Origin: Phoronis australis
Lineage: Eukaryota; Animalia; Phoronida
Assembly (NCBI GenBank): GCA_002633005.1
Contig: NMRA01000039.1
Coordinates: forward strand, 241,225 to 305,224
DNA length: 64,000 nt
Reading direction: 5' to 3'
Each line of letters opens with the position of its first letter. Positions within the stretch are counted from its first letter, which is position 1. A program made the position numbers and the translations under genes. Shown one piece after another: positions 1-13,749 of the stretch. The notes below the pieces were generated by a model. That model was not told the origin of the DNA and did no database searches. It worked only from the letters and a program-made list of their open reading frames with translations.

Positions 1-247
1 AGCGCCATGACACTCTGGGTTAGGAGACAAAAAAGCAACTCGATTCATAACTTGGAAAAAATCTATTAAGTCCATCGCTGCCCCTAACTGCGAACAGTCG
101 AGCTTGAAACCGAAAACAACAGGAGCAATAATGCGTGTTTCCCACAAAGGTTGTGATTCTATTTAAACCCAGTCATGTCACAAATATGACTTAATAACGA
201 TTTTGAAATCATGGTAAGACCACAACAACTCAATTTTTCTATTGCAG

Positions 248-3200
248 GGCCCATTGCTAGTGCACTGTGCTCAAAATTTGGTTACCGAATAGTGTGCATC
301 TCTGGGAGTGTTGCAGTAACTACTTCTTTGCTTCTAAGTACACTCGCACCGAGTGTTGATGTTCTCATAGTGACCTGCGGGGTCATGGCAGGTAAGAGAA
401 GCCGGGGCAATACCAATCTGAAGGTTAGGTCAGATTTTCAATGAGAAGGAACTTCTTCAGCATTTTGAGAAGAGCTCTTCAGTTTTCAAAAAAGTTACAT
501 ATTGTCAAAAACTACAAATTTCAAAGTAAAATGTTTTGGTTAACTGATATTTCTCAAATAACGTTTTTGATATTTTCATCTGTTTCCCTTCTGGGTTTGG
601 CGATAACTTCCATAAAGCAAGAATTTTGTTCAATGTTAAGCTATATAATTGTAGTTACATAGAATTGCCAAGCATAACAAACTCTAACTAAAATAACTAA
701 GAGACTCTAATTAAATGGGTTTATAAAACAGAAGCGTATTGGGTTAAAATAAATTCATTGTATTAACATGCTCCATTATTTTACAGGCACAGGCCTGGGC
801 ATGATGTACCTACCATCGATAGTGATCATTGGTGATTACTTTGAAAAACGACGAGCATTAGCAACTGGTCTAGCAATGTGTGGCTCAGGAATAGGATCTT
901 TTGTGTTTGCACCACTGTCCAGTCATTTAATAAGTACTTATGGGTGGAAGGATGGCATGAAAGTGATAGCATGTATTCTCCTCGCTGGTATTGTGACTTT
1001 GACTGTTTATTAAAGTCTATATAAACTTGCATTCTTTCAAAGAGTTCATATCAAAATCTCATAATTTTTTCAAATTTTAATTTTTTTTTTCTGCTGGTAG
1101 GAGTGGAAAATGGAAAACATTAGTTTGGTGCTACATATTTTTTAGGGAAACATCAGCCATATTGTGCCCTATTGGAGCAGATAAGTTATAAACAGATGGG
1201 GATACTAAAGGTGGCTTCCCACTAGTCAAACTGGAATAAAGAACTATTATTGTAATATAGCTTAAGATAATTGAGCAACCATAGCAAATTGTCGTTTTCC
1301 CACTGGACCACATTAACAGCCAAAACAGTACAGTAAATATCTAAGGTTAAACAAATTAAGACCACAGATAACACATTTATCAGACCATGTGGAAGGAGTT
1401 CCATATAACAACGAAGCAAAATAGGCAAAACGATACATTTGTTGAAGTTGCACTGTACAGTTCTGTTGGGTTTTTGAAATGCCGGTTCAGAGGATCAACT
1501 GGTTAATTAAATTTCAGTCTCCAAAGAAAATCGTCCGTCATTTAAATCCAAGTTGACTTTCTCGCAAAAAACTGAGGCGACAATGCATGGCCTATGTAGT
1601 TTGGTACACACTAAGGTGCATTTCTGCATTTTGTAGTTGTTTTTTCCAACTTTTCACTAGCACTTTCGTATGTATGGAGTTGCGGCTGTCACTAGTGGTA
1701 GTGGTGAATGGGGAAATTGTGTAGTTGGTGTCTTCTGCAGTGCGTTAAGAATGGACATATTGTAGAAGTTTTCACTTAGTTTATACCATGTCTAAAATAA
1801 ACCCATAACATCTTACGGTAATACTATGCAACACATTTATCTATCAAAAGAAACATTTTCTCGCAGTTTTAAAAGCTAAGTTCGGGTCTTGGTCACATCC
1901 GAAACCAGCACGCAACATTTTCTGGCTGACCTTGGCTTGTCATTCAGTGGCAAGCAAGCAAACATCAGGGTCTTGTGACAACTTTTGATGACTTCTCTTT
2001 TCCATACAGGGCACGTATATAATATCCAGTGCCAAAGTAGCAAACCCGAGTGGCCCAATAATGGAACTCCGCACTAAGTCCAAGTATTTCAAGGATTTTC
2101 ATTTCATGCAAAACTAGCTATTGAATACACATTCCACATAAAACGCGAGACTATTTTTTTGCGAAACTTGCACTGTATTATTCTCTGGCAATACGTCATT
2201 CGGCCTGGGCAATGCCTCACGATATTTTTGCTAGAAGTGTTTTGGTCCTTTGGGTTTCAAAAAATATGAACTATGTGAACAAACAGAGGGGGTTTACGCT
2301 CAGTGCTGATTTCCTTTGAATTTCATGTCAGTGCACTTCAATTGCAGCGGTTGTCTCACATTTCAAGATGCATGTCTTGATCCCTAGACATTGGTTTATT
2401 ACTGTTTAGTGCTCTATGTTACACCGAATATGCACACATGGCCCTAACAACTTCAAGAACAGTAACATACACACAGTTGGAGCAGAACTGTAAAAACTTG
2501 CTGATGTTTCAAACCATGTGGCACGAATGACATTCAAAATTCTGCCTCAAGTCCAAAGCAATTAATATACAAATGCAGGTTCAGGGTAAACAATGTCATG
2601 CAAAAGCCACTGAAGCAAATTACTATTCAGAGCAGCAACACCTACTAAGACAACACATACACCAGTGCAGTGAATTTAGTCAAACCAGACAATAGATGTC
2701 CTATCATCTAATTGCTCAACCAATCAGTTAGCGGCATGGATAAAAACAATTAAGGTACACAGAAACACTGGTGTTCATGTCTTTTTATGTAAATATTCTA
2801 TGGAACTCATAGTAAATAGAAGAGTTAACAATCAGATTGATAATGCAATCCAAAGACTGAGTCTGAACTGAAGCTAATGGCTGGAAAATGAACATGCACG
2901 AACCGTCGTCAACCACATGAGAAATTGTTATTGCAATGGTCATATTTATTGCCATGGATTATTAGTGTTCCCGGACTTGCGCCTCTGGCTTAAATTTAAG
3001 GCTGGTTACTAATCCCATCTTCTAAAAGGGAATAAATGTGATACTGCAGTGAAATTAGTCCAGTAGCAAATGACCATTCACACTGAAGTTAAGTCACTTG
3101 TGGCTTTTAGAAGAATGTTGTGCCAAGGGAATACAGGTTCAATGGGAAACTTACTTTATTATGTAACTACTTGTAAGGCATGAGGTGCTCTGTACTACAT

Positions 3201-6200
3201 TCTCTAACGTCGACACGTCCCTGATTGGGAAGTGTTATGTAGGGCCTTATGCTTACAGTGTTCAAACTAAGGTTACATGGAGGTGTGCAATTATTATTAC
3301 AGGAGTTCCAATGGGCGCTTTCTTTGTCTCTGCAAATAAAACGCCAAAGCCAAAAAAGAAGGAACCCAGGTGGAAAAAGCCACTTTACAAGTTGGGTCTT
3401 AGAAGGAAATCGAAAAAACAGCCTACTCCTAGTGCCACCATAGAAGAAAACAGTAAGGAACCGCCCAGAGAACAAATGTCCAGACTGTCGATTCCACTAC
3501 AACGGCGAGTTTCTCTGTTCGAGACAGAGTCCATGTTTGACTGTGATGACTTGCTAGAAAAAGTTCCAACAAGAGAAGAGTTAGACAAGGTTATATTGGC
3601 CGCCACCCACGATATATCGAGCGTCTTTGTGGCTGACGGAATACTAAGCGAGGTGTATAGCCTCCATGAAAAAGCCAGTCATATCCTTGACGAGGTGATA
3701 CAATCTCAGCGTACTTCGATTTATGGAGGAACAAGCATCTTGCTGCTTCCGACGCTAACAGAAGGTAGAGAAGTATCGCCAGAAGATGGCGCTGATATAC
3801 AGGCGAGGACATCGGGCATGGTGTCATTGGCAAATGTAAAACTACGAGAGCGGGCATCGCAAATCAGGGATAAGCCGCCAGCCACCAGTCGAATGCAAAA
3901 GCATCTGAATAGAGTGGTGGCCACCTTGAAGGCTTTAAACAAGGCTGCAGGCTTTTCAGTTTTAAAACATCCCAAATTTTTGATGTACGGAGTCTCCTGC
4001 TTCTCCTACACGCTAGGTAAGAATAAATATTACCAACATTACCTTATTCGGTCACGTGCTGCTTAGAAGCTCATTTCTCTGTTGAGCGGCTACAAAATGA
4101 AAATCAACGTAAACTAGGTCTTTTAATCTCATCAAATCAGTCTCATAAAATATTCTTTACCATGTTAAGCTTTCGTTTCTGCTGGCAACTCAAACCACAG
4201 GCACTGCAAGCATGTGCTGTTTTGGAATCTGCAATTTCAAGGTTGCTTAAACTTTGTAGCGTCTTCTCGAGTTGGTGATAGTTTAATGTTCCTGTTGGTG
4301 ACATGAACAGAATCCTGTAGCAAAAAGGAACATTACGAGAGCATATTTATGAGAGCAAAATGCATCCTTGAGTTTATACTAAACGCTGCATTAGAGGGTC
4401 AAACATGGACAACTTCCAAGTTCACTCTAGGATAATCTATGAATGAACAGCCAAACAATACCCATGCAATCCATTCAGACCACAGTGAAGAAATAGCCAG
4501 GAGCTACTTTGGCTGCACTAGATCTTTTATGACTGTAGCAACGTCACACATTCTGTTATCTAGAAGACATTGCAAAATTAAAGAAAACACAAAATTTTGG
4601 GCATTGTTTTGTCTGAAGTTAGACACTTTACCGTAATTAGTACTGTTTACAATGGAAACATGTATATGGCAGTAATTAGACAGTCTAAATATGTTATTCT
4701 GGGCAAACAGCCATGTGCAAACACATAAAACTTCAAAAAAAATCTGATATTACATTTATAAGGCAGCGAAACTTTGTAACGAAATAAACATCTCACGGTT
4801 ATGAAGAATCTATTGGCATATCTCACTTGATTGTAAAATTTTGTCTACGTTGAATTTCAGGCCTTTTTGTGCCACTGTATTACATAACATCTCAAGCTGA
4901 AGAGCTGGAAATCAAGGGAACAGAAAGTTCATTACTTCTGTCAATAATAGGTTGGTGGGCTCTTAAGTTGTTTTTTGCAGTAAAACTTTCTTGATTTCTT
5001 AAACTTAAATTTTACTATTTTGTGAGAACTGGGAGTCAAATCCAAATCTTTTAAAAAGAGACAAAGTAGATTGATAAATTCAACTGATTAAAATTATGGA
5101 ATTCATTTCACAAGGAAATAGCAGTTCAACAAATAAAAAATGAAGTGTGAATTATTTAACCTTCACTCTAAGCACGATGCTAAAAGGATTGTCCAGTATA
5201 TCATGCATTTTGGGCAGGCTCTGAGAAAAATGTTGGGACTCATCATTTCCTCACAGCAACAAAAGCAATTCAATGCTAGGCTCATGAGGTTATTGGCTGA
5301 ATGCTCCAGCACCAACATTGTGGAAAGTGAAGTATTTTACACACACAAGCTGATGTTTGCTCATGTACTAAATGGTACCCAGTCTGCTTCGACTATCTGG
5401 ATTGGCATCCGCTGTGTACTTTTAACGGTGAAACTGTTCTCAACAGGTATTTCAAACACGGTGAGCAGAATCTTCATAGGATGGGTCGCCGACAAGAAGT
5501 GGGTTGGTTGCGTAACACTACACGTGGTGGCGCTGCTCATTGCCGGAATGATAACAGCATTGTTGCCATTGTATAAATCCTACACATTACTAGCGTGCTA
5601 CAGTGCCTTGTTTGGCTGTTGTATGGGTAAGGTAAACAAGAAAGAAAATACTAAGCTTCAGTGTACGGTCGAGGCTGCAATTTTTCACCATTTTTGCAAT
5701 TAATTTAATGTAACACACAAATCAATCGTTCCATTACTTGATTATTGATTTCCAGATTTAAAGAGATCAACAAGAGTCGCCTCCTTATTACCCCAAGTTT
5801 ACGCTGTGGGTTGTTCTCTGTACTTAGTCTAAATTATATGGTTTGTTTTCTAAGATGCCAAGAAATTGAAATTAACCCAATAATACGGGTCCACTGCACT
5901 CCAGCACTTAGAAGAGTTGGATGAACATCAATGAAGAACCTTCGGACAAATTCTTTTATAAAATGTGGAAATGTAAAATAAATACAGGTGATGACCCTTA
6001 AGATAAAAAGGGCCACTTTTAACTGTGGTGATTCCAAATTTAATCATTGTTGTCAGCTGCAAGATGGTCAAACTTGAAGCATGGGTACTCAAAGTTTGAG
6101 CACTGATGTTAAAAAAAGTATGGGTGCTCAACATTTGAACTAAAAATCCTGGCAAAAAGACAAGTTCATGTATTGAGACACTGACAAGTAAGATAAGGAC

Positions 6201-7567
6201 AAGAATTTTGGGCATCAGAGTGCTATGATAGATAGTGTTTCTTTCTGTCAACCATCAGCAAACTTGGTAACTGCTACACAGATGGTGTTGAGCTTAGAGT
6301 AACATCTATTGCACTCATAGCTCATGTTACATTTTGAACTCTAAACGAGTGCACAGGTAATTATTCATAGAACAGTTACTGAAATGAATCACATGACTTC
6401 CTGGTGTGACTGTCCAATAAAGCTTCTCGAAGCCACTTGTCCAGTGACAATTGCCTTTTGGCCGGCGAGTGGTTTGTACACTCAGCTTTCATGCAAGGAA
6501 CCCCTATTCAAGTCTTGCTGTCAGCAGATTTCACATCAGAAATAGGATGTAAATAGTTGGCAGGTGTAGAGAGTGCTGGCCTGGTGGTGGTGGATCAGGG
6601 GCACATGGGGAGTGTCGCTGTTAGTAGTCAAGGGGATTGTCCCTGTAGTCATGGGGAGTGTCGCTGAAGTCATGAGTGAGTGGTGCTGAGGGAGAATTCC
6701 AGAACATTTGGGTGTTGCTCAGATTTGCAGCCAAGGGACACCTATTCCACGGAAGGGAAAGGGGTGCTGTGTCATGTGACTACTGAGCATGACAATCCCA
6801 TAAAACTTCTCCAAGCCGCTTGCAAAACGACAATTGCCTCTTGGCAGAATGGCTTGGACGCTCTGCTCTCCCCGGTTCTAGTCTCAGTGACAGAAAAAAT
6901 TTACAACAACTGAAATGAACTTTTGTTCAATAGATTATTAGTCTTCAATGTTTTCAGCAACCTTCATTTCACTACGCTCAATTATTGTGATCGAGCTTAT
7001 GGGGATAACAAAACTGACAAAAGCATTTGGAGTTCTTGGAATGTTGCAAGGCATCGCTTCATTCACGGGACCGCCCATAGCAGGTAAAGCAGCAAATCAC
7101 AATACACTACAATTACGCAAACTCGTAAAATCTCTAATGAACATCACATCCATGTTTTGAAAGTGACAACAATTATTTTCAAAAAAGAAGAAGACATGCA
7201 ATTCATAGTCGAACTTTTCAATGGATTTTGCAAGCTAATCACATCAAACTGATTGCACTGCAGGAGCAGGCAAATACTCTAGAATAAGGAACAGAACACC
7301 GAAGTTAGGGTTCATGGGAATTGCTAACTGTTCGAACTTATCCACTTCTCAATTACAGGTTTCTTCTATGATCTCACGGGCAACTACACAGTGACGTTCA
7401 TTTCCTCTGGCTCGACATTCATCCTGGCCGGAGTGCTCAGCGTTCCCCTGGTGTTTCTTGTGAAACGGCAAAACATGAAGGAAGAGCAGGAAAAGAGACT
7501 TAGAGAAAAACTAGAAATTCTATCCAAGATGTCACAGGAGACACTGTGCAATGTTCCTACAGGTTAA
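248..7567 (+). CDS. SLC16/monocarboxylate transporter family MFS protein (MCT12/MCT14-like), 5' exons lie upstream of the window
   Basis: Seven GT-AG exons join in frame: 248-391, 787-987, 3303-4016, 4861-4950, 5447-5626, 6958-7083, 7359-7567 (TAA). MCT motifs GPIASALCSKFGYR, GTGLGMMYLPSIVIIGDYFEKRRALATGLAMCGSGIG, SRIFIGWVAD, GPPIAGFFYDLTGNY; long hydrophilic central loop in the 714-bp exon. Confidence 0.93.
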
Positions 7568-8119
7568 AGACGCACAACGTGCTATAGCTCGACAGTGAAA
7601 TCATGGCGGAGAATGAAAATTCGAGGGAAGACAGAATGGTGTGAAATAAATGCATTTGTGACTGAGTGAATGAATGAAGATGTTGGATTTGTTGAAACAA
7701 TAATTATGGTTAATTTAAACAGATCGGAATTTGTTTTTTGGCGCTGAAACAATAATAAAACCAAAAATAAACTTGCTTCAAACTAAATAGGAGACAAAAA
7801 GGATATGAGACTGCAAGCGAATAGATCTAAACTTCAAATGAAACATTCGCATCAAAAATTAAAATGTGAACATCATGATTATCACATCTAGGACACTGGT
7901 TACACTACCATTTTTCATTAATCTCAACAGAAGAACCTTGGACTTGCTATTATGAGTCACATTCAGGGAATCACGGTATCTTAAGTTAGTATATATAAAT
8001 ATTCAAGATATTATAAAAACACCAAAATATGCCAGTCAGAGAATCAGTTTGTTGGCCTTTAACAAAAACAGATCCTGCATCCCATTGAATGCAGTGCCTT
8101 TTAACGAACTAGAACTTAC

Positions 8120-11100
8120 CCTTTTTTCTGGCAATGGAGGGACAATGATAGCAGGATACACAATGTCCAAGTAGTTGCGAAGCATCTCAAATTCACTGAA
8201 ACGTCTCCAGAGGGAGTAAACCTGGCCATAACCTTCTACCTCCGGGTCGGTAACCCTTAATGTGCGAGCAGAAAATTAGAAAATTAGAAAATTCTTCAAT
8301 CTGTTTTTAAACAAAGTATCAACCAAAGACAAGATCAACAGGCTACCCTTATACCCAAAATTGAACAAATAAAATCCCATGTCTCAAATCCTTCCACACC
8401 TCGATAGAAAATGACTTTCATCAATCAAAAAAATCATCTGCGGCATCAGCAAATAAACAGAGCATCAAAAGTCAATAACTTTTTGAAAAGTTTACCAAGT
8501 ACGCTTCCTAGATTAGACTACATCATGTGAATTGTAGGATGTTCTCGCACTTCGTTTTGAAAGCAGAAAATGACTGCTGTTGTGGGCACACAATTTTTGA
8601 GACCAGTTTGTTAATAGCTGGTAAACACTCAGCCTGTACTGCAATTTCCATGGGTTGGCTGTAAATAAAGAGGACGAGCACCTTAATCCAAAACCCAGGT
8701 TTCCGATAAAGCAAACTCGAGAGAACTTTCTGCCAGACTCGTGTAGAATGGAGGAACTTCCTTGAGAATTAATTGGCAATTCAGTCAAACTGCTGTCGCA
8801 ACAAAATATCATCTTTGTTGAACTTTAGTCCGTGCTAAACATGACCTTACGACAACTAGTGGTTTATTGTTTATCACAACTATTTTGACACAGTGCATGG
8901 AGCTACACCTGTCAACATTCTGTCAAGAATTTGCCGCATTTAAAACACATTCTGGTCTAAAAGAATACAATTACATGGTCACTGTTTTGAGCATCGAAAC
9001 TTTCAGTCAAATTTCAGAACTGTCCAATTTGTTTTTCAAAATACTGTGTGTGCATTATTAATATCGAATTCTCCCCCCAAGGTGGACGGAGATGATGAAC
9101 TGTGTAACAGAAGAGTATAAGAACAAACATGTCAAAAAGTTTAGTGGTAAGTGTGATCCAATTGACCAAGTAAATTGGGTACAGACATTTTCATTTGCAT
9201 TGATTCACCACGTCCAAACAACAGCTCATACTTAAACAACATGAAAAACATTTTTCTAAAAGGCGCCAAAGCCATGGGTAAACCTACAAGCCCACAGGCC
9301 TTGAATGTTTTGTGGCACCCTCGCAAAGAGTACAGGTGGTAATAGGAGGATATAGGTTACCTATATCATAATAGGTAACTGCCAGGATGAGCACCAAGAT
9401 TTGTTGATCAACTTTGTTCTCACTCAGCCCCCTCCCCTACCCCCTGCTTGCCAATGCCAAAAACACTTCCTGTGGTTTTACCCAAGATATGCAACTAAAA
9501 ACTTAACTAGAGACTGGATTTGAACATCAACCAGTCGGGTGGCGAGTTAAAATTCAAATTTCACATTAGGTGGATAGTAAATCTTCACACAGTCAGAAGC
9601 TGACCTCAACGGCACATGGGGGACTCACAGCAACAGATAAAGCATAACTACTGGTGCAGCTGCATGTTCGCACCCAATACATCCCATTGGTTGGCAACAG
9701 GAACGCTAGTGATACTTGCTTCTATGGGGTAGAGTAGGAAGAAAGAGTCCAGAAGTTAAATTCATGGTAAAGTATCAATTGTAACTTGTCTCACTTTGAC
9801 TCTACCAGGTAGACAGTGTAGGTCTCTTGCATCTTCATGGAAGTTCCAACTCGCTTCTCCGGGTCTGTAACGGCGATCTCCATCCATTTTAGCAAGGTTC
9901 TCTGGAAACACCGTACAGACTATGAATTTTGAACAAGATGGCATACCAAATTGGCCGGTTTTACCGAGACGGCAATTGCAATGTGGAGACAGTGTGTTTC
10001 AGTGGTTTGAGCTCCGATCTCCCGTTTGAGAGACCCAAGTTCGAATCCTGTCTACACTGGCAGACAATGGAGCAATGCACAACAGTATCTCCTACTGCTA
10101 TGAGCTTGGCCTTACTAGTGGATGTACATGTATGCAAGGAAGTGAATGGGAACCTGGATAATATGCAAAAGCAATTTCTGTGGCTGTGCTCAAAAAAACT
10201 ACTCATGAGAGTAAATGAACAATGCTAACTAGTGCAGGTTGGGTCAGTTTACAATGGGTAGAGATAACATGGCTATCAAAATATTGAACTTAGTTCCTCA
10301 CATGATATAAATTCTAGTATGGCTCATGGGTCTCGAGGACTCAGTTTACCTATTGACTTAATTAACATAGCTTACCAGGTGTGTTTTCAACCAATGTGCC
10401 AGGCTCATAAAAAATGCCAGTATTCATAAAAAGTGCAATTCACTAACACAAACTCATTCCTGGGCTCACAAGCACAGCTCTGATTGTCAAAATACATGCA
10501 CTTCATTTCGTGTTAGGCTGACAGTAAGCCGCATTTGTAAACAACGGCTAATTTGTCTTTTGAGTGGAGGGTCAAAAAATCATAGCGAAGTAACATCACA
10601 GGGTACTACTTGTCTTTATGAAATTCCAAGATGGTTTGCGGTCATTTTGCAATTTTGAAAACATTTACGATGGTCAGTTGCTTCTTGAATATGGCGAGCC
10701 TACTGATACACTGCATGTGACTTATTTGGAGGTTATATCAACTTAATTCTCACAACATTAAAGGCAAGCAATGGCTATATGGTCATAGTCTCAGCAATTA
10801 AACCAATATTCACAGGTAACTTTTCTCGAAAACTGCTCAGTATATTTCGTTCTATCAATTAAAAAGTATATCGGTCGGGCAGTTTCTTAATATTACAGCT
10901 GACATACATGTGTTCAAACATGATGGAGTGTTATCGTCTGTAAGCTTACGACACCCAAAAGCAACGTATTGCCTACAGTAGGGAGAACAGCATTTTTCAA
11001 AAATTTTAGAAAATGTGCATGTAATATACACCATTAGAAAGCTCTTTTCGAGACTAAAATAACGATAGTAAATTTTTTAAATTGGACTTATAGTTTCGGA

Positions 11101-13749
11101 GAAAATGTCATTTGCGTGTCAAAATTTTTGGTAAAAATTCTGTCAAATCGAATCTGCGAGTTCAAAATATTATTATTTCAAAACTAAGAAACGTAAATAG
11201 ACATGTAACACATCATTTTAAAAAACTTTTTATGATGAATAATTTGCCAAAAAACCATTTCGATTAGACGTTCCTGTGCGAAGACATTGTCCTTAAAGTC
11301 AACACAGCCGACAAAGAGAAGTCACTGCGTACAATTTTGCGATTTCGAATTTTCATACGTAACAATTACTCCAGGAAAAAAAACAAATAAGATATCATTT
11401 TAAAGATTTTTCATCAGGAAAGTTGAAACTTGATAATTGATTGAGCAAATTATTGATATTATTTGTGATATTGTTTTTAACAATCATGCTGTTTGCAACC
11501 AGCTTAACTTTGTCAAAATCAATTACATTAAATAAAAATCAAACATAAACAAACATCATTTCAAAAATATATTGATGACAAGTATGATAAATAGAACATT
11601 TTAATACAAGCCTCTGAAAGACATACAATAAATAAAACTTTTACATAAACTTTCCACAACAATGTAATAAAATGAAGACCCTGTCACGAACCATCCAGGA
11701 ATGTTCATGGTATAAAACCAACAACTGCAATATTCATAATCCTAAAATTGTCTCAAGTGATATGAACACAAAAAAAGAATTTATGATGGACAGATAAATA
11801 AAGTTCTCAAGTCATCCTCAAGGAAGGAGGGGCCAAATCCTTTCAGTGACAATTGACAGTAGAGTACCTTCCAGTAAACAGACGCTCAGTGGAGTTCCTT
11901 ACACAGACTTGTGGTATCCTCAAGGAAGGGGGCCAAACCCTTTCACTGACTACTGTACATCAGCGAAGTATCTTAGAGACTTGGACAAGGAAAGGGAGTC
12001 AAACCCTTTCAATGATCAAGTCAGTGGAGTACCTTACACAGACTTTTGGCGTCCTTAAGGAAGGGGGCGCCAAACCCTTTCTGANGCTCCATATCTGCCT
12101 CCGTGTAAAACCCACGTCGGTAAATTACCCGATTTCAGACTTCAAAGTTAACTATAAGACAATTTTGTGTTATAAATCGTTACCTTAGTCTTTATTTGTA
12201 AGTTTGTAATCTTTTTGTCTCAAATTAGCGCTGATAAATCATTTTTTGTAAGCTTTTTTTAGCGCACGATTTTCCGCCATGCGATCAACTTTCGAAAAAG
12301 TACCTCTTGTTCCTCCTATCCAAAAGAGCACTATACTCTCAAATACAAACATGAAATTTGGACAGGATGTAGTTTAGATGCGTGCGCATCTCCTCAAGTT
12401 GTTTTCTCGAAGTCAAGGCCAAGTTTTCATGGCGAGTTTTCGATCGTCCGGAAGGCCTAATTTTGGTCGGTCGGGAGATTGATGTTTTTCCACTTGCGCA
12501 ATATGCCCCCCCGATTTTTAGATGAGGAATTTATCACTCTTTTAATTGGTAATTATTTGATTTTCAGAAATTCTGTCAAACTGCTGCGCATTGGCACTTT
12601 TCAAACAGCAGTCGTTAGTTCACTAAGTCGCCGCATGTCAGCGCCACCAGCGGCTACGTTGAAGTTCAATGGCATTCGCAACTTCACCGTTCGAAATAAA
12701 GTTGTTACAAAGTTTTTGTTGCGCAAATGATGAAATCCTTCATGTTAAGAGTGATTTGTCTTCCCAGAATGGTCTTTTGTCTACTTTCTGATGTTTTTTG
12801 ACGATCTAATAGTACATGGGTGTCACCCAACACTGAAAAAAGTGGGGGACCTATAGCCTCCCCCTGCCCCCTGTCACTGTCGGGCAATGATGTGTTGCCC
12901 ATGTAGTAGTATTCAGGGGCAGATCTAGGATTTTTAGATAGGAGGGGGGGGCAGGGCAGACTATTACGCAGGATTTTACCCGTAAGATATTTGCACCCTC
13001 AAACTGCCAAATGAAATATGGGAGTTTTAGGGGGGCCACGGGCCAGGCCCCCTTGCCCCCCAAATCCACCAATGTGATCTTGTGATTTGATGTGAAATTC
13101 CCTCCTAGCTCAGATGTACTTATTTCTGAGCTGATGTGGTGTCTTTGCTCTTTACCTTTTAAGCTGTGTAATCCATTGTTTTCATCAAACATGATGAGCC
13201 TGTTCTATCTGCTATAACAACACACTTAAACAGCGATATCTCTGTAGAAATCGATCCAAATTTTATATAATACATACCACCATGTTTGTCTCAATGAGAC
13301 GAATCTTTTTATATGCAGCACATGTATATTCTTTTATTTTTTACGAAATTATGTAAAAAGGCAGATATTTTATGCATAATCGTCGCGTTTCAACGGCCAT
13401 TTTCTCGTCAACCGCTCATCCAATTTTTCTGATTTTTGCACCATTTCATTTCTCATACCAAGGGCTTTTCAAAAATGTATGACACATGGGTATTGTAAAA
13501 ATAATTAAAAAAACGTTGTCCTCCCTACTAACTGCAATCCTAGGCCGATCTTATGTCAATGCTTCATTACATTTAGCAGGCTGTTTAGACAAGTTAGAAG
13601 CTCTATAATAGGACTAGGTATGGCTTGCCGTGCAAGTTAAAAATCGTGGTCTAGATATGCACCTTTTCCGAAAACTCTTTCTTTTCTACTACCTCCTGAA
13701 CGGGGTCTTCTGGTAACTCTGTTCCAGCTTTTGTTGCTTCTTCGTCCAT
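8120..13749 (-). CDS. SNX4: Sorting nexin 4 (N-terminal and PX-domain exons 1-3; remaining PX/BAR exons not found in window)
   Basis: Minus-strand exons 13749-13663 (MDEEATKAGTELPEDPVQEVVEKKEFSEK, less certain), 9901-9795 (RTLLKWMEIAVTDPEKRVGTSMKMQETYTVYLVESK) and 8255-8120 (VTDPEVEGYGQVYSLWRRFSEFEMLRNYLDIVYPAIIVPPLPEKR) have compatible phases. They match the SNX4 PX signature as I recall it (MQETYTAYL, SLWRRYSEFELLR, VPPLPEKR). Confidence 0.88.
9985..10290 (+). mobile_element. tRNA-derived SINE-like element (degenerate)
   Basis: A-box-like TGTTTCAGTGG and B-box GTTCGAATCC (10039-10048) at tRNA spacing, followed by a non-tRNA body; 3' end approximate. Confidence 0.5.
11810..12084. repeat. 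Short diverged tandem repeat (about three units of 100-135 bp) ending at a single-N contig join
   Basis: TCCT(C/T)AAGGAAGG..GGCCAAA(C/T)CCTTT occurs three times and CAGTGGAGT(T/A)CCTTACACAGACTT twice. Confidence 0.7.
12914..13074. mobile_element. ~160 bp non-autonomous TIR element (hAT-like termini), copy 1
   Basis: Begins CAGGGGCAGATCTAGGATTTT; internal sequence shared with copies at 16677-16838 and 32665-32821. Confidence 0.7.

Noticed and set aside
2010-2077. Strong-looking acceptor (CTTCTCTTTTCCATACAG) inside an MCT intron
   Set aside because: In the required phase it reaches TAA after about 22 codons with no MCT similarity; 987 splices cleanly to 3303.
4161-4314. Minus-strand AG..GT bounded open segment as candidate SNX4 exon 4
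   Set aside because: No PX/BAR similarity; in the phase required by exon 3 it contains a stop.
6385-6870. Two diverged ~100-bp direct repeats in an MCT intron
   Set aside because: Low identity, no termini or TSD; nothing further can be supported.
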